This document shows, piece after piece, positions 37,639 through 46,310 of a DNA stretch of 64,000 nucleotides. The stretch comes from a virus. The notes under the pieces were generated by a model that was not told the origin of the DNA, searched no databases, and saw nothing but the letters and a program-made list of their open reading frames with translations. Numbering within the stretch: the stretch's first letter is position 1; every line of letters begins with the position of its first letter. The stretch lies in IMG/VR virus record IMGVR_UViG_3300032213_001373, positions 38,328 to 102,327 of that record; one strand, 5' to 3'. The translations under genes and the position numbers were made by a program.

Positions 37639-38446
37639 ACAAGTCCGCTAACGTTAGCGGTAGCGGTACCTCCCGCCCGCAATTTGGACACTCTTTTTTG
37701 ATTGAGCTAAGTTGTGGTCCAGGGTTGCGTTCTGATATGGCATTAAGAATTGTTCTGCGATCCTTTACGCTGAGCTTAAGTACAGCGTTAGGGTCAAGCA
37801 CAGACTGACCGTTAATCTCAAGAACACAGCTCTTTAATACGATGGAGTCCAATTCTGGAGCTGTTTTATTACCTGAATTAACGAGTTGCTTTTGTGTGTT
37901 ACCTGTTGGTAAATGTACCTTTACGGAACCAATATTACAAGCAACATCAAAAGCTGAAGAACCTTCTAGTTTCTTCATCTCTACATCTTTATCTAAGTCA
38001 ATAGTTAAAGTCATGTCGTCAGGGCATTCTTCGCAGAACGCTCCCTGAACTGTTACATCTGGCCCAAACGTTTGCTTGCGGATTGCCAAAAGCAATAGCT
38101 CTCGGTCTCCAGCTAGCAAAGCATCAAGGATGTCTTTGTCTGGTTTCTTATCTCCTAGCTTAGTTACGGCTCTTTCTAAGATAAGCATTAAGCCCTTAGA
38201 TAGATCGTTAACTCTTGCTACAGCTTCTTCGTCAGCTCCGTTGAGCTCCCGCACTTCAGCTGTAGAGATGAAGTCTCCAAACGGTTCTTGAAAACCAGCT
38301 AGTAGCTCAACATGCGGATCAGAAGGAGGCGTAATCTTTGTTTCTGAAAACGCCTCCTCCCGACCAGCTTGAGCTACTGCTTGCGCCGATAGTTGATTTG
38401 CAAGGGCAGGATTATCTACTGCGCTTACTGTCGTATTAGTTGTCAT
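37628..38446 (-). CDS. Tail assembly chaperone / T4 gp26-like protein
   Basis: VRELNGADEE, LLAGDRELLLLAIR..TFG, two CxxC motifs; lies between tube and TMP. Confidence 0.78.
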   Translation of the reverse strand: MTTNTTVSAVDNPALANQLSAQAVAQAGREEAFSETKITPPSDPHVELLAGFQEPFGDFISTAEVRELNGADEEAVARVNDLSKGLMLILERAVTKLGDKKPDKDILDALLAGDRELLLLAIRKQTFGPDVTVQGAFCEECPDDMTLTIDLDKDVEMKKLEGSSAFDVACNIGSVKVHLPTGNTQKQLVNSGNKTAPELDSIVLKSCVLEINGQSVLDPNAVLKLSVKDRRTILNAISERNPGPQLSSIKKECPNCGREVPLPLTLADLFQS

Positions 38447-38458
38447 TTAGGTTCCTTA

Positions 38459-39079
38459 TTAGAGTGATAGGTCTGCTGCTGTTTTGGAGTAGTCTGTAGC
38501 AAATGAAACGTCAAAACCTTCATGTACAAGAGTCATCTCTTCTACCATGAGGGTGTTTCCGCCTGCATCAAGGTTGCTGTATCCAATGTTTGTAATCCAA
38601 GCATTATATACCTTGAACTTGATAGAGGCGTGTTGGTCACCTGCGTACCCTACTGTGTTACCACCCGCTGCTCCTAGAGCCTTTGGGTTTGGGTGGCTAA
38701 GTACTGAGATCTCAAGATCGCAGCGGAAGTCTGCACCAACACCTGATTGAGCTGTACCAGTAGACATAGCGAATAGACGCTTCATCCACAGTGAGTGCTC
38801 TTTCTGTCCAAGAGAGATACCCTTAGATAGAGTGATTGGTGTAAACGAGCTTTGTCCTGGAAGCTGGTGGAAGTTAGTATTGTATCCACCTTCACGATAA
38901 GCAATTGATTCTGTAGCCACAGTCAAGCCAGATACAGATACAAAGCCCATCTTTCCAAATTTGTCTCCCCATTTTTTATCGTCTGTCTTAGGGGCAAACT
39001 CAACTAGGAACTTAAAGTTACGGACTTGGTCCGTAGCAATAGTACTTAGTCTATTAGTTACGATTGTGTCATCGGCCAT
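38459..39079 (-). CDS. Tail tube protein (T4 gp19-like)
   Basis: RNFKFLV, GF.SVSGL, YREGG, PGQ..F.PITLSKG, VEEMTLVHEG. Confidence 0.9.
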   Translation of the reverse strand: MADDTIVTNRLSTIATDQVRNFKFLVEFAPKTDDKKWGDKFGKMGFVSVSGLTVATESIAYREGGYNTNFHQLPGQSSFTPITLSKGISLGQKEHSLWMKRLFAMSTGTAQSGVGADFRCDLEISVLSHPNPKALGAAGGNTVGYAGDQHASIKFKVYNAWITNIGYSNLDAGGNTLMVEEMTLVHEGFDVSFATDYSKTAADLSL

Positions 39080-39093
39080 GATTATCTATCTCC

Positions 39094-40632
39094 TTACGCT
39101 GATGCGCTACCGGTTAGTTGGCTGAGCTTGATGACGATGAACTCTGCAGGGTACTGCAAAGCCACACCGACTTCGAGGTTTACTCGGCCATTTTGGATAT
39201 CTGAAAACGAAGTAGTTGTAGAGTCTACCTTCACATAGAATGCTTGTGAAGCAGATGTTCCACGAAGACCACCTTGTTGCCAGTAACTTAGAAGGAAAGA
39301 ACCAAGAGCTGTGTTGAGGCGCTTCCAGAGACCTGGATCGTTGTTCTCAAACAAAGCAAACTGACTGCGGTTTTCTAGTTCTTTCTTAATGTAAATCAAA
39401 GAACGCTGAATATTGATATAACGTTCGTTTGAAGTATTGCGAAGAGTACGGCCACCCATAACCACAATGCCTGCACCAGGGATCTGGCGGATAGCATTGA
39501 TTGGACGTGGGTTGTCGTTTAGGTCATCAAGCTCAGCATTTGTTAGAAGCTTTTCAGTAGCTACAACATTTGCTAGAGAGTTTGTAAGACCTGCTGGAGT
39601 CTTGAAGACACCTCGTGATGCATCAGTTGCTAAGAACTGACCCACCATTGCAGCGCCTGGAGCTTGAAGACGTGTAGCTCCACCAGAAGCACGAAGTGAA
39701 TCTGGAATAAGAGTCCATGGATAGTACGCTGCTGCAACACCACCGTCAGAATCTGGAGCTGCTGTAATAACGTCTGTTATGAAGGTTTGAGCTTCATTAA
39801 CAGTCAATCCACGAGGTACGTCTACAATTGCAAACGCATCTCCACGAAGCTGAGCATAGTTAATCACATCTCCTTGAATATTAACTGCAAGGGTGCGATC
39901 GTTGGTGTTTCCACTAGGTGCATAGATATATGCAGCTGCTGGAACGTTAAACACTAGTGGGTTTTGAATTGCATCAAAAGTAACTAGTGAATCTGAGTAC
40001 TGTGTACGTGTAGGTGTTGATCCATTAACGCCACCGCTGAGAGCCTTTAGGCCATCAACTTCTGGGCGATCATCTGGAGCAACAGATGCTGAGTTCTGAT
40101 CTGCAACACGGATATATGTTGAGCTAGCATTGATTACTGAAACCACATAGCGTGGGTCTGTAGTAACCATGCTTAGATCTGTGTACTGTTCTACAACAGT
40201 TCCAGTTACATATACAAGCAGTGCGAATCGATCATCAGTTCCTGCAGCTTTTACTTCAACAGCAATGTTGTTACCCCATGCGCCAGCATTTTCTGCTTCA
40301 ACACGAAGGGTGTTTAGTGATGCCTGAGAACGGTCAGTAAGAACGATCGAGGCCTTTGCTGATCCTGTGCCAAGTACACGCTTTACGTATAGTTGACGAC
40401 CGCCATTAGCAAAAAAGTTATAGGCAGCCCAGGTTGTTGGGTATGCATCATTCAATCCGCCAAAGGTCTTTGAGAATTCTGACCATGAGCTAAGTAACGC
40501 TGGAACAGTTGATGGGCCCTTTTCTAGAGCGCCAACAAAAGCACCAATTGCACTTCCGTTATCGCCAAGAGCGATTGACTGAGGCAAAGCTACTTCTTGA
40601 ATGAATACGCCAGGTCTACTGTATGTAGTCAT
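39094..40632 (-). CDS. Contractile tail sheath protein
   Basis: RPGVFIQE, FFANGG, GAWGN, YYPW, GVFKTPAG, LFENND, PAEFIVI. Confidence 0.93.
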   Translation of the reverse strand: MTTYSRPGVFIQEVALPQSIALGDNGSAIGAFVGALEKGPSTVPALLSSWSEFSKTFGGLNDAYPTTWAAYNFFANGGRQLYVKRVLGTGSAKASIVLTDRSQASLNTLRVEAENAGAWGNNIAVEVKAAGTDDRFALLVYVTGTVVEQYTDLSMVTTDPRYVVSVINASSTYIRVADQNSASVAPDDRPEVDGLKALSGGVNGSTPTRTQYSDSLVTFDAIQNPLVFNVPAAAYIYAPSGNTNDRTLAVNIQGDVINYAQLRGDAFAIVDVPRGLTVNEAQTFITDVITAAPDSDGGVAAAYYPWTLIPDSLRASGGATRLQAPGAAMVGQFLATDASRGVFKTPAGLTNSLANVVATEKLLTNAELDDLNDNPRPINAIRQIPGAGIVVMGGRTLRNTSNERYINIQRSLIYIKKELENRSQFALFENNDPGLWKRLNTALGSFLLSYWQQGGLRGTSASQAFYVKVDSTTTSFSDIQNGRVNLEVGVALQYPAEFIVIKLSQLTGSASA

Positions 40633-40676
40633 AGGTATTTCTCCTTGGGTTTAGGTTGTTTTCTAGTGAGTCCAAA

Positions 40677-41276
40677 TTATGTTTGAATGGTAGTGAACGG
40701 GGTTGGTTGGTATTCGAAAGAGATATTTGGATCTTGGGTAACAGGGTAAACCTGTACGAATTGATCTCTGAATAGTTCAGAGCTTATTCTTACCGTATAG
40801 ATGTTTCTAAACAAGCGCTTGTCCTGTTCAGTGGTATCTCTTTTGGTAAACCCAAGCATATCTAAACGACGGATTGTTCCGTCCTCAGGTATTTCTAGGC
40901 CACCAAATCTAAGAGGCAGACGGGTTGGTCGTGTTAACTCATACATGAGCTGCCGATCATGTCGAGGTTGACGAGCGTAAGTAGTGATCTGGTAATCAAG
41001 GTTCACAGGGATTGGTACATCCACCATGAAATCTTCCTCCGGATCTACTCCCTCAGGTGTATACCCTAGTGGAATGTATCCGCGGTACTCTCGCTCTTGA
41101 GCTACAGCTAAATTAATTAAGTCAATAGTTATATATGGGTAGGACTGAAAACGAATTTCAGCATCTGGTTGACCAAACCATACGCCAACAGGACGGGCTG
41201 GATTACCAGAGTCAGCTACAGTGATTCCTGTTAGGGCTGCCTTAAGTGCTTTATCTTCATTGAGAATAAATGGCAT
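40677..41276 (-). CDS. Tail terminator/completion protein
   Basis: YPYITIDL, P.PVNLDYQIT; upstream of the sheath gene. Confidence 0.65.
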   Translation of the reverse strand: MPFILNEDKALKAALTGITVADSGNPARPVGVWFGQPDAEIRFQSYPYITIDLINLAVAQEREYRGYIPLGYTPEGVDPEEDFMVDVPIPVNLDYQITTYARQPRHDRQLMYELTRPTRLPLRFGGLEIPEDGTIRRLDMLGFTKRDTTEQDKRLFRNIYTVRISSELFRDQFVQVYPVTQDPNISFEYQPTPFTTIQT

Positions 41277-41596
41277 TAGATCATCCGAGCCTTTCTCAAA
41301 ACCTTATCAAAGTGTGCCACAGCTTCTGTGTCATTTATGCCAGCAATGAACTGACGTACTATTGGATTAGGTGGGGTTGACTCTGTTCCAAATTCTGCAT
41401 CCTCGATAGCATTTGCATGCTTCTTTGGATAGGCAACCTGGTACTTGCTGTCTGTAGATACGACGCGAAGATGTCTAGATGCGTCAGTAGACCACCCTGA
41501 CTCGTACGCTTTTCTGCGGAGTTGGGCGGTAAGTTTCTTTGATGAGTGCTGCTGTCCCTGTTCTAATGACTTTACGATGAAGTTATGTATCTTCAC
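41276..41596 (-). CDS. Putative neck/morphogenesis protein
   Basis: EFGT...PP.P..R motif. Confidence 0.55.
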   Translation of the reverse strand: MKIHNFIVKSLEQGQQHSSKKLTAQLRRKAYESGWSTDASRHLRVVSTDSKYQVAYPKKHANAIEDAEFGTESTPPNPIVRQFIAGINDTEAVAHFDKVLRKARMI

Positions 41597-41754
41597 TTTT
41601 TCCTGATTTTCGAGGATAGTAGGTATCCGGCTACGAATCCCACAGCTGTGGCCTTACGTCCCTTTTCAGGCGTAGCGCCAATCAGTCCTCGGACAAACTC
41701 TTCTTTATCGACGTCTGTCTCAGCTTGCAATAATTTTCTAGCAAGGTTAATCAT
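41593..41754 (-). CDS. 53-aa hypothetical protein
   Basis: Manual translation MINLARKLLQAETDVDKEEFVRGLIG...; GGAGG RBS, GTGA overlap. Confidence 0.7.
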   Translation of the reverse strand: MINLARKLLQAETDVDKEEFVRGLIGATPEKGRKATAVGFVAGYLLSSKIRKK

Positions 41755-41833
41755 CGTAAATCCTCCAAATGAAGGTGCAGGGGTAAAGCAGCAGGGTTCC
41801 GGATTTCTCCGGCGTCAAGATAAAGGATAAATG

Positions 41834-41855
41834 AAAAAACCCCCATTTAGGGGGC
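41834..41855 (-). terminator. Intrinsic terminator
   Basis: Minus strand GCCCCC-TAAAT-GGGGGT-TTTTT. Confidence 0.75.
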
Positions 41856-41862
41856 TAAGTCA

Positions 41863-42132
41863 TTACTTCTTTTTATGCTCTCGTTTGTCTTCGGCCTTTT
41901 CGCCCTTCTTGCCTTCCTTGGCTTCGTGGCGCTTTTCGACCTTCTTGATGGCTTTCTTCTTTAGCTTCTCGTCAATCTTACGATCGGCTGTCTGGGACTC
42001 TGGCTTATTACGCTTGCCGTGAGCCTTATCCATCTTTTCAAACTCTTTCTTTTCAGCAGGGCTCATACCCTTGGTAGTCTTGGCATCCTGCTTCTTGTCG
42101 TTCTTTTCGTTATAAGGCTTTTTCTTAGCCAT
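41863..42132 (-). CDS. Lys/Glu/Asp-rich highly charged protein
   Basis: 89-aa ORF, TAATG-coupled. Confidence 0.7.
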   Translation of the reverse strand: MAKKKPYNEKNDKKQDAKTTKGMSPAEKKEFEKMDKAHGKRNKPESQTADRKIDEKLKKKAIKKVEKRHEAKEGKKGEKAEDKREHKKK

Positions 42133-42275
42133 TACATACCCTTCTTTCTGACCATAGAAGCCTTCTTGGCTTTGCCTTTAGAGTCTTTCTTTTTATCATA
42201 CTTCTTATTGGCAGCCGCTAAGGTCTTCTCGCCATGCTTGTCTTTTGGCTTACCGCATCCACAGGTGGCGCACAT
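42132..42275 (-). CDS. 47-aa basic protein with N-terminal CxxCGC motif
   Basis: Manual translation MCATCGCGKPKDKHGEKTLAAANKKYDKKK... Confidence 0.7.
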   Translation of the reverse strand: MCATCGCGKPKDKHGEKTLAAANKKYDKKKDSKGKAKKASMVRKKGM

Positions 42276-42305
42276 TATTTCTTACCTTTCGTAGTTTTTG
42301 ATTTA

Positions 42306-42923
42306 TCAGACATCACCAGGATGTCCTTCAGGATTTTCATAGAATGAGTATTGATCTCGGGCACCGAATGGTGTATAAGAGGCGTACTCTGCAAACTGTG
42401 GATCGTTGACCAACTCTTCTGCGTTTACCTGGTATAGGACAATCCCAAACAAGGTGTAGTCGTTGGTGATGATTCCCTTAGGCAAGATTTGACGGGGAGT
42501 GAATACTTCATTCTTAAACACAACTCGGTCTCTTAAGAATGCGTCTGGGTTAGTAGGTAAGGATCTTAGTTCAGGGATAGTAATTGAATCTGAGGTAGAT
42601 AGGTGGCTACCTTCAGATATATCCATGTTAACGGTAACGTTCAATACGTCAGTGTTGTAGAAACCGCGGTCATTAGGAACTGTCATTCCCTGAGTCAGGG
42701 TAGCGTTGATCACAGGGATGTGATACGGACCCTTCCAACGACGACCGCCGGTATTAGAACCTACGTCGTAGATTGGATCTACCACAGTAGCGACCGGATC
42801 ATAAAGCCACCACTCTAGTTCGTAACCTACTGTACGTACGATTTCCTTTGTGGTGCCGCGAATGATTGATCCACGTTCGTGGTTGATAGTAAACCTAGAC
42901 CCCTCAACACGTTCACCTCTCAT
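42306..42923 (-). CDS. Head-closure/neck protein (putative)
   Basis: Context; DPIYD, GFYNTD, DRVVF motifs. Confidence 0.55.
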   Translation of the reverse strand: MRGERVEGSRFTINHERGSIIRGTTKEIVRTVGYELEWWLYDPVATVVDPIYDVGSNTGGRRWKGPYHIPVINATLTQGMTVPNDRGFYNTDVLNVTVNMDISEGSHLSTSDSITIPELRSLPTNPDAFLRDRVVFKNEVFTPRQILPKGIITNDYTLFGIVLYQVNAEELVNDPQFAEYASYTPFGARDQYSFYENPEGHPGDV

Positions 42924-42925
42924 GG

Positions 42926-43150
42926 CTACTCCTTGTTAGGCTTTGTAAAGGTAGAAGTTTCTGGATCGTAAGTAGCGTTAGGGACTAGGTTCGACAGATC
43001 TTCGTTTGAAGTACGGTCGGTTACGTCAAGGATTAGCGGTTCGCTTAAAAAGATAGCGGCAAGACGCTCGTCAGTATGCAAGATGTCTGTTACTACGTTG
43101 TCGATAATAAATGCCAGCTTAATAGGTGGCAAAGGTTTTTCTTCGGCCAT
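42926..43150 (-). CDS. Small hypothetical protein (possible fibre chaperone)
   Basis: 74-aa ORF, TAATG-coupled to the Cys-rich gene upstream. Confidence 0.65.
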   Translation of the reverse strand: MAEEKPLPPIKLAFIIDNVVTDILHTDERLAAIFLSEPLILDVTDRTSNEDLSNLVPNATYDPETSTFTKPNKE

Positions 43151-43386
43151 TACATTTCCTCCTTATATGATACTTGTACTGCTTCCCACTTGTGCAGAGG
43201 ACAAGACGCATTTGGAAGCTTTGTCTTAAGCTTCATAATGCATCCACACTCTTTGCACTGAGAGGTTGCTTTAATAAACTTGTCGCACCCACGGCAGATA
43301 TCAAGGCGCTGTGAGGCGATATCTGTCTCTACTCGTCCAATATTTTTATTGAACAAGTCCCATGGTCTAGCTGGTCTGTCGCTCAT
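43150..43386 (-). CDS. Small Cys-rich protein (DUF6171-like)
   Basis: RLDICRGC...CKECGC.M..K......CP..KW. Confidence 0.7.
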   Translation of the reverse strand: MSDRPARPWDLFNKNIGRVETDIASQRLDICRGCDKFIKATSQCKECGCIMKLKTKLPNASCPLHKWEAVQVSYKEEM

Positions 43387-43394
43387 TTGTTCTC

Positions 43395-45164
43395 CTATAT
43401 AGTGGCCAAGAAGTTGTCGGTTGTAGACCCTTGGTTTCCCGTGGAAGGTCCCTTAATTATACCCACAGATGTTCCCCTAATAGGGCTGGAGGGCGTAAGG
43501 CTTAGGGTAGAACCTACTTGAGACCCGGTCAAGTTAGACCCTGAATACGCTGAAGAAGTTATAGTGCTTCCTACGGTTGTTACGTATACAGATCCGACTG
43601 TAGCAAAGCCTGAAGTATTAGTAGCCAAGTTTAAACTAGAGGCTACAGCAACAGTTCCAGACACAGAGCTAACCAATACAAGGTCGCTAGTATAGGTAGT
43701 CACGCTTCTAGTAGAGGTAAAGCAAGAGTATGTGGTGCGGTTTCTAGTTGCTGTAAAGCAAGAATAGAAAGTAGGTTGTACTACCTGAGACGTAAAGCAG
43801 CTGTAGGTAATTGGATTATTAACTGAGCGGGTAGAGGTATAGCAGCTGTAGGTAATAGGGTTATTGACTAAACGGGTAGAGGTGTAGCAGCTATATGTAA
43901 TAGGGTTAGGTACGTTGCGAGTAGAGGTGTAGCAATAATATTGAGTGTAGGTAAAAGGAACAGTCGTAGTGCTACAAGACCAAGATCCCGCTGTAGTAGT
44001 TGTTGTTGCACAGTAGGTAAAGTTAGCCCCAGCGGTGGTTCCGTTACAGGTTTTTTGTTGAACTTCACTACCAGTACAATAACCACTAAATAAGCTAATA
44101 AGTCTACAACTTGTAGTTGTAGATCCTGGACTTTGAGTAGGAATTTCACAGCATCCTGAAAGATCCCAAATATTAGCTGCGGTTCTTACACCTCCGGAAC
44201 AATAGCTAGAGTTTACAGTCTCTGAGAACTCTCCCGCACAAGAACCTGCTGGACAACCAAAACCCATGGTATCTACACGGCCTTGGTCGCAAACAGCAGT
44301 GCTACCGCCTCCGCCTTGGCTAACTCCAGAACAACACTGGTTTGATGGTGGGTTGCTAGAGCTAGTTACTTGACTCTGGTCGCAAACATTGCTTTGACCG
44401 CCGCCGCCTTGGCTAACACCAGAGCAGCATTGGTTTGATGGAGGGTTACTAGTACTTGTTACTTGGCCTTGGTCGCAAACAGTGCTGGTGCCACCACCGC
44501 CTTGGGTAACTCCAGAACAGCATTGATTTGAAGGAGGGTTGCTTGTACTTGTTACTTGGTTTCCTGTACAGGCTGTGCCGCCTCCGCTTGATGTTACTCC
44601 AGAACAGCAGTTGGATGCGGGAGGGTTGTTTTGGTTTGTTATAGGCGTTTGATCACAGACAGTTACCGAACCTGTAACTACTGGAGAACAACAGTTTCCT
44701 GCCGGAGGATTGTTAAACTCACTTACTAAACCTTGATCACAAAAGGTATTTGTAACAGATGTAAATCGTGGGTAGCTTGCCCACCAAGAACCAGAGTCTG
44801 TAACCCAAAATGCTGGACCCACACCGCCGTTTGCATCTGTCTGTACCTTTACATCAGTATTACCTAGATTAATAGATGCTAAAGGATAGCTAGTTGCAGC
44901 ATCGTCTGATATAGCGCTATTAGATCCGCTAATGCGCCAGTTGCCGCGGGTAGCATTCCAAATTTGACCTGAATCAGCTGTACCTAATCCAAGAGCCGTA
45001 GAGGCTCGGTTAAAAGCGTCTTGTATTTTAGAAGCAAACCATTGTTGCCATACGCCACCAACTTTAACGTAGCCAGAAGTAGCGGTCTTCCATTGACCGC
45101 CAACTTTTACAGAAAGACTAGTAATAGTCTTCCAGGCACCATTAACTTTGGATTGACCAGGCAT
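43395..45164 (-). CDS. Cys-rich fibre/receptor-binding protein with nested repeats
   Basis: N-terminal KVGG.WK adaptor repeats, then a beta-rich domain interrupted by a 32-Cys insertion. Confidence 0.75.
   Translation of the reverse strand: MPGQSKVNGAWKTITSLSVKVGGQWKTATSGYVKVGGVWQQWFASKIQDAFNRASTALGLGTADSGQIWNATRGNWRISGSNSAISDDAATSYPLASINLGNTDVKVQTDANGGVGPAFWVTDSGSWWASYPRFTSVTNTFCDQGLVSEFNNPPAGNCCSPVVTGSVTVCDQTPITNQNNPPASNCCSGVTSSGGGTACTGNQVTSTSNPPSNQCCSGVTQGGGGTSTVCDQGQVTSTSNPPSNQCCSGVSQGGGGQSNVCDQSQVTSSSNPPSNQCCSGVSQGGGGSTAVCDQGRVDTMGFGCPAGSCAGEFSETVNSSYCSGGVRTAANIWDLSGCCEIPTQSPGSTTTSCRLISLFSGYCTGSEVQQKTCNGTTAGANFTYCATTTTTAGSWSCSTTTVPFTYTQYYCYTSTRNVPNPITYSCYTSTRLVNNPITYSCYTSTRSVNNPITYSCFTSQVVQPTFYSCFTATRNRTTYSCFTSTRSVTTYTSDLVLVSSVSGTVAVASSLNLATNTSGFATVGSVYVTTVGSTITSSAYSGSNLTGSQVGSTLSLTPSSPIRGTSVGIIKGPSTGNQGSTTDNFLATI
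43700..44741 (-). repeat. Mirror-nested coding repeats: 7x C-x15/16-CC-type modules and 7x YSCxTxx modules
   Basis: CDQxxVTSTSNPPSNQCCSGV series and NPITYSCYTSTR series in the translation. Confidence 0.85.
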
Positions 45165-45400
45165 TATACGTACTGCACCCAGATATCTCCATCAGAGCCC
45201 TGACCTGAAGTAGGTGCGCTGGTAGATACGGTGATGTTACGTACTACGGTTTGTGAAGTGCTTGCAGTTGTTACTGCACCATTTACTACGTTTACCGCAC
45301 CAATAGCTGTAGGAGTAATACCTAAACTTGCTGGGTTTAGCTGTGGGCTACCAAATGATTCCCACTGAGCGGTAGTAGAGTTCCATCGTTTTACTGCCAT
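45164..45400 (-). CDS. Small fibre adaptor protein
   Basis: RNITVSTSAPTSGQGSDGDIWVQY C-terminal motif. Confidence 0.65.
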   Translation of the reverse strand: MAVKRWNSTTAQWESFGSPQLNPASLGITPTAIGAVNVVNGAVTTASTSQTVVRNITVSTSAPTSGQGSDGDIWVQYV

Positions 45401-45972
45401 TAGTTAACTCCATACACTAGGGCTGTTCCACCTGTAAAGGTACCTGTAGAAACAGAAATAGTCATCTTTGTAAGTGCTGTGGTTTGGGTGTAAGCATTAG
45501 TGCTATCAAGAATAGTCACTGTGTTTGAGGCGTTTGTATATACGCCTTTGAGATATCCCCACGCAAAGCTTGCTGTATCTTGAGTGTCCACAATGTCTAG
45601 TGTCCAGTGGTTAGTTGTTACTGCAGACTTTACGTTTGCAATGCTAAAGAGAGCAGTTCCGGTTACGTAGTTAGAACTATTGTCATTAAGAGTTATGTTT
45701 ACAGTTGCGTTTGCTGAAGTCTGAACTCCACGAAACACAACGTATACGTCTTTATACTCTGTTACGATTGATAGATCTCTTGAAGAAAAAGTGTTTAGGG
45801 ATACGGTAGAGATCAGGTTCTTTCCAGCATTATTAAGAACGTCTGAGTCAAACCATATATCTCCATCTACCGGAGTGGTTGGGGTGTTAGGCCCCATAAA
45901 AAGGCGCTTGCCTGGTCGGTCATCTGTAAAGACAACAGGACCTGTAGGCTGGCCGTTATTTTGTACGGCCAT
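45400..45972 (-). CDS. Virion/fibre protein
   Basis: PTTPVDGDIWFD motif; beta-rich domain ending LVYGVN. Confidence 0.65.
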   Translation of the reverse strand: MAVQNNGQPTGPVVFTDDRPGKRLFMGPNTPTTPVDGDIWFDSDVLNNAGKNLISTVSLNTFSSRDLSIVTEYKDVYVVFRGVQTSANATVNITLNDNSSNYVTGTALFSIANVKSAVTTNHWTLDIVDTQDTASFAWGYLKGVYTNASNTVTILDSTNAYTQTTALTKMTISVSTGTFTGGTALVYGVN

Positions 45973-45974
45973 AG

Positions 45975-46310
45975 TTACGCTACCTCAGAACCAAAAGCCT
46001 GGAATGTTAGGTTAGCTGTTGATGCCACCACAGTAACGCTGTCAGCAGCTGACAGCGTGATACCTAATGTAAAGGTAGTGGTGGTATTAGCTGGGACAGT
46101 TGTGTCATAGGCTAGGTATTGCTTGTTGTCTAGAGCTGCGTTATCTTCACGAAGCGCAATACGGTAGGTTGCTGCGGTAGTTCCGCGGTTGCAGATCACG
46201 ATTGTAGACACAACGGCTGAGGTGTTGGATGGCACTGCGTATAGCTGGCTGCCTCCCGCTACGTTAGCTGCTGGCGCAACCTGACCTAGAATCTTATATG
46301 TCGTTGCCAA
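45975..46310 (-). CDS. Virion structural protein
   Basis: MATTYKILGQ...LYAVP...STIVICN...AFGSEVA beta-sandwich-like sequence. Confidence 0.65.
   Translation of the reverse strand: MATTYKILGQVAPAANVAGGSQLYAVPSNTSAVVSTIVICNRGTTAATYRIALREDNAALDNKQYLAYDTTVPANTTTTFTLGITLSAADSVTVVASTANLTFQAFGSEVA

Noticed and set aside
43700-44741. Regularly spaced DNA repeats as a CRISPR array
   Set aside because: Repeats are in frame, vary at synonymous positions and encode protein modules
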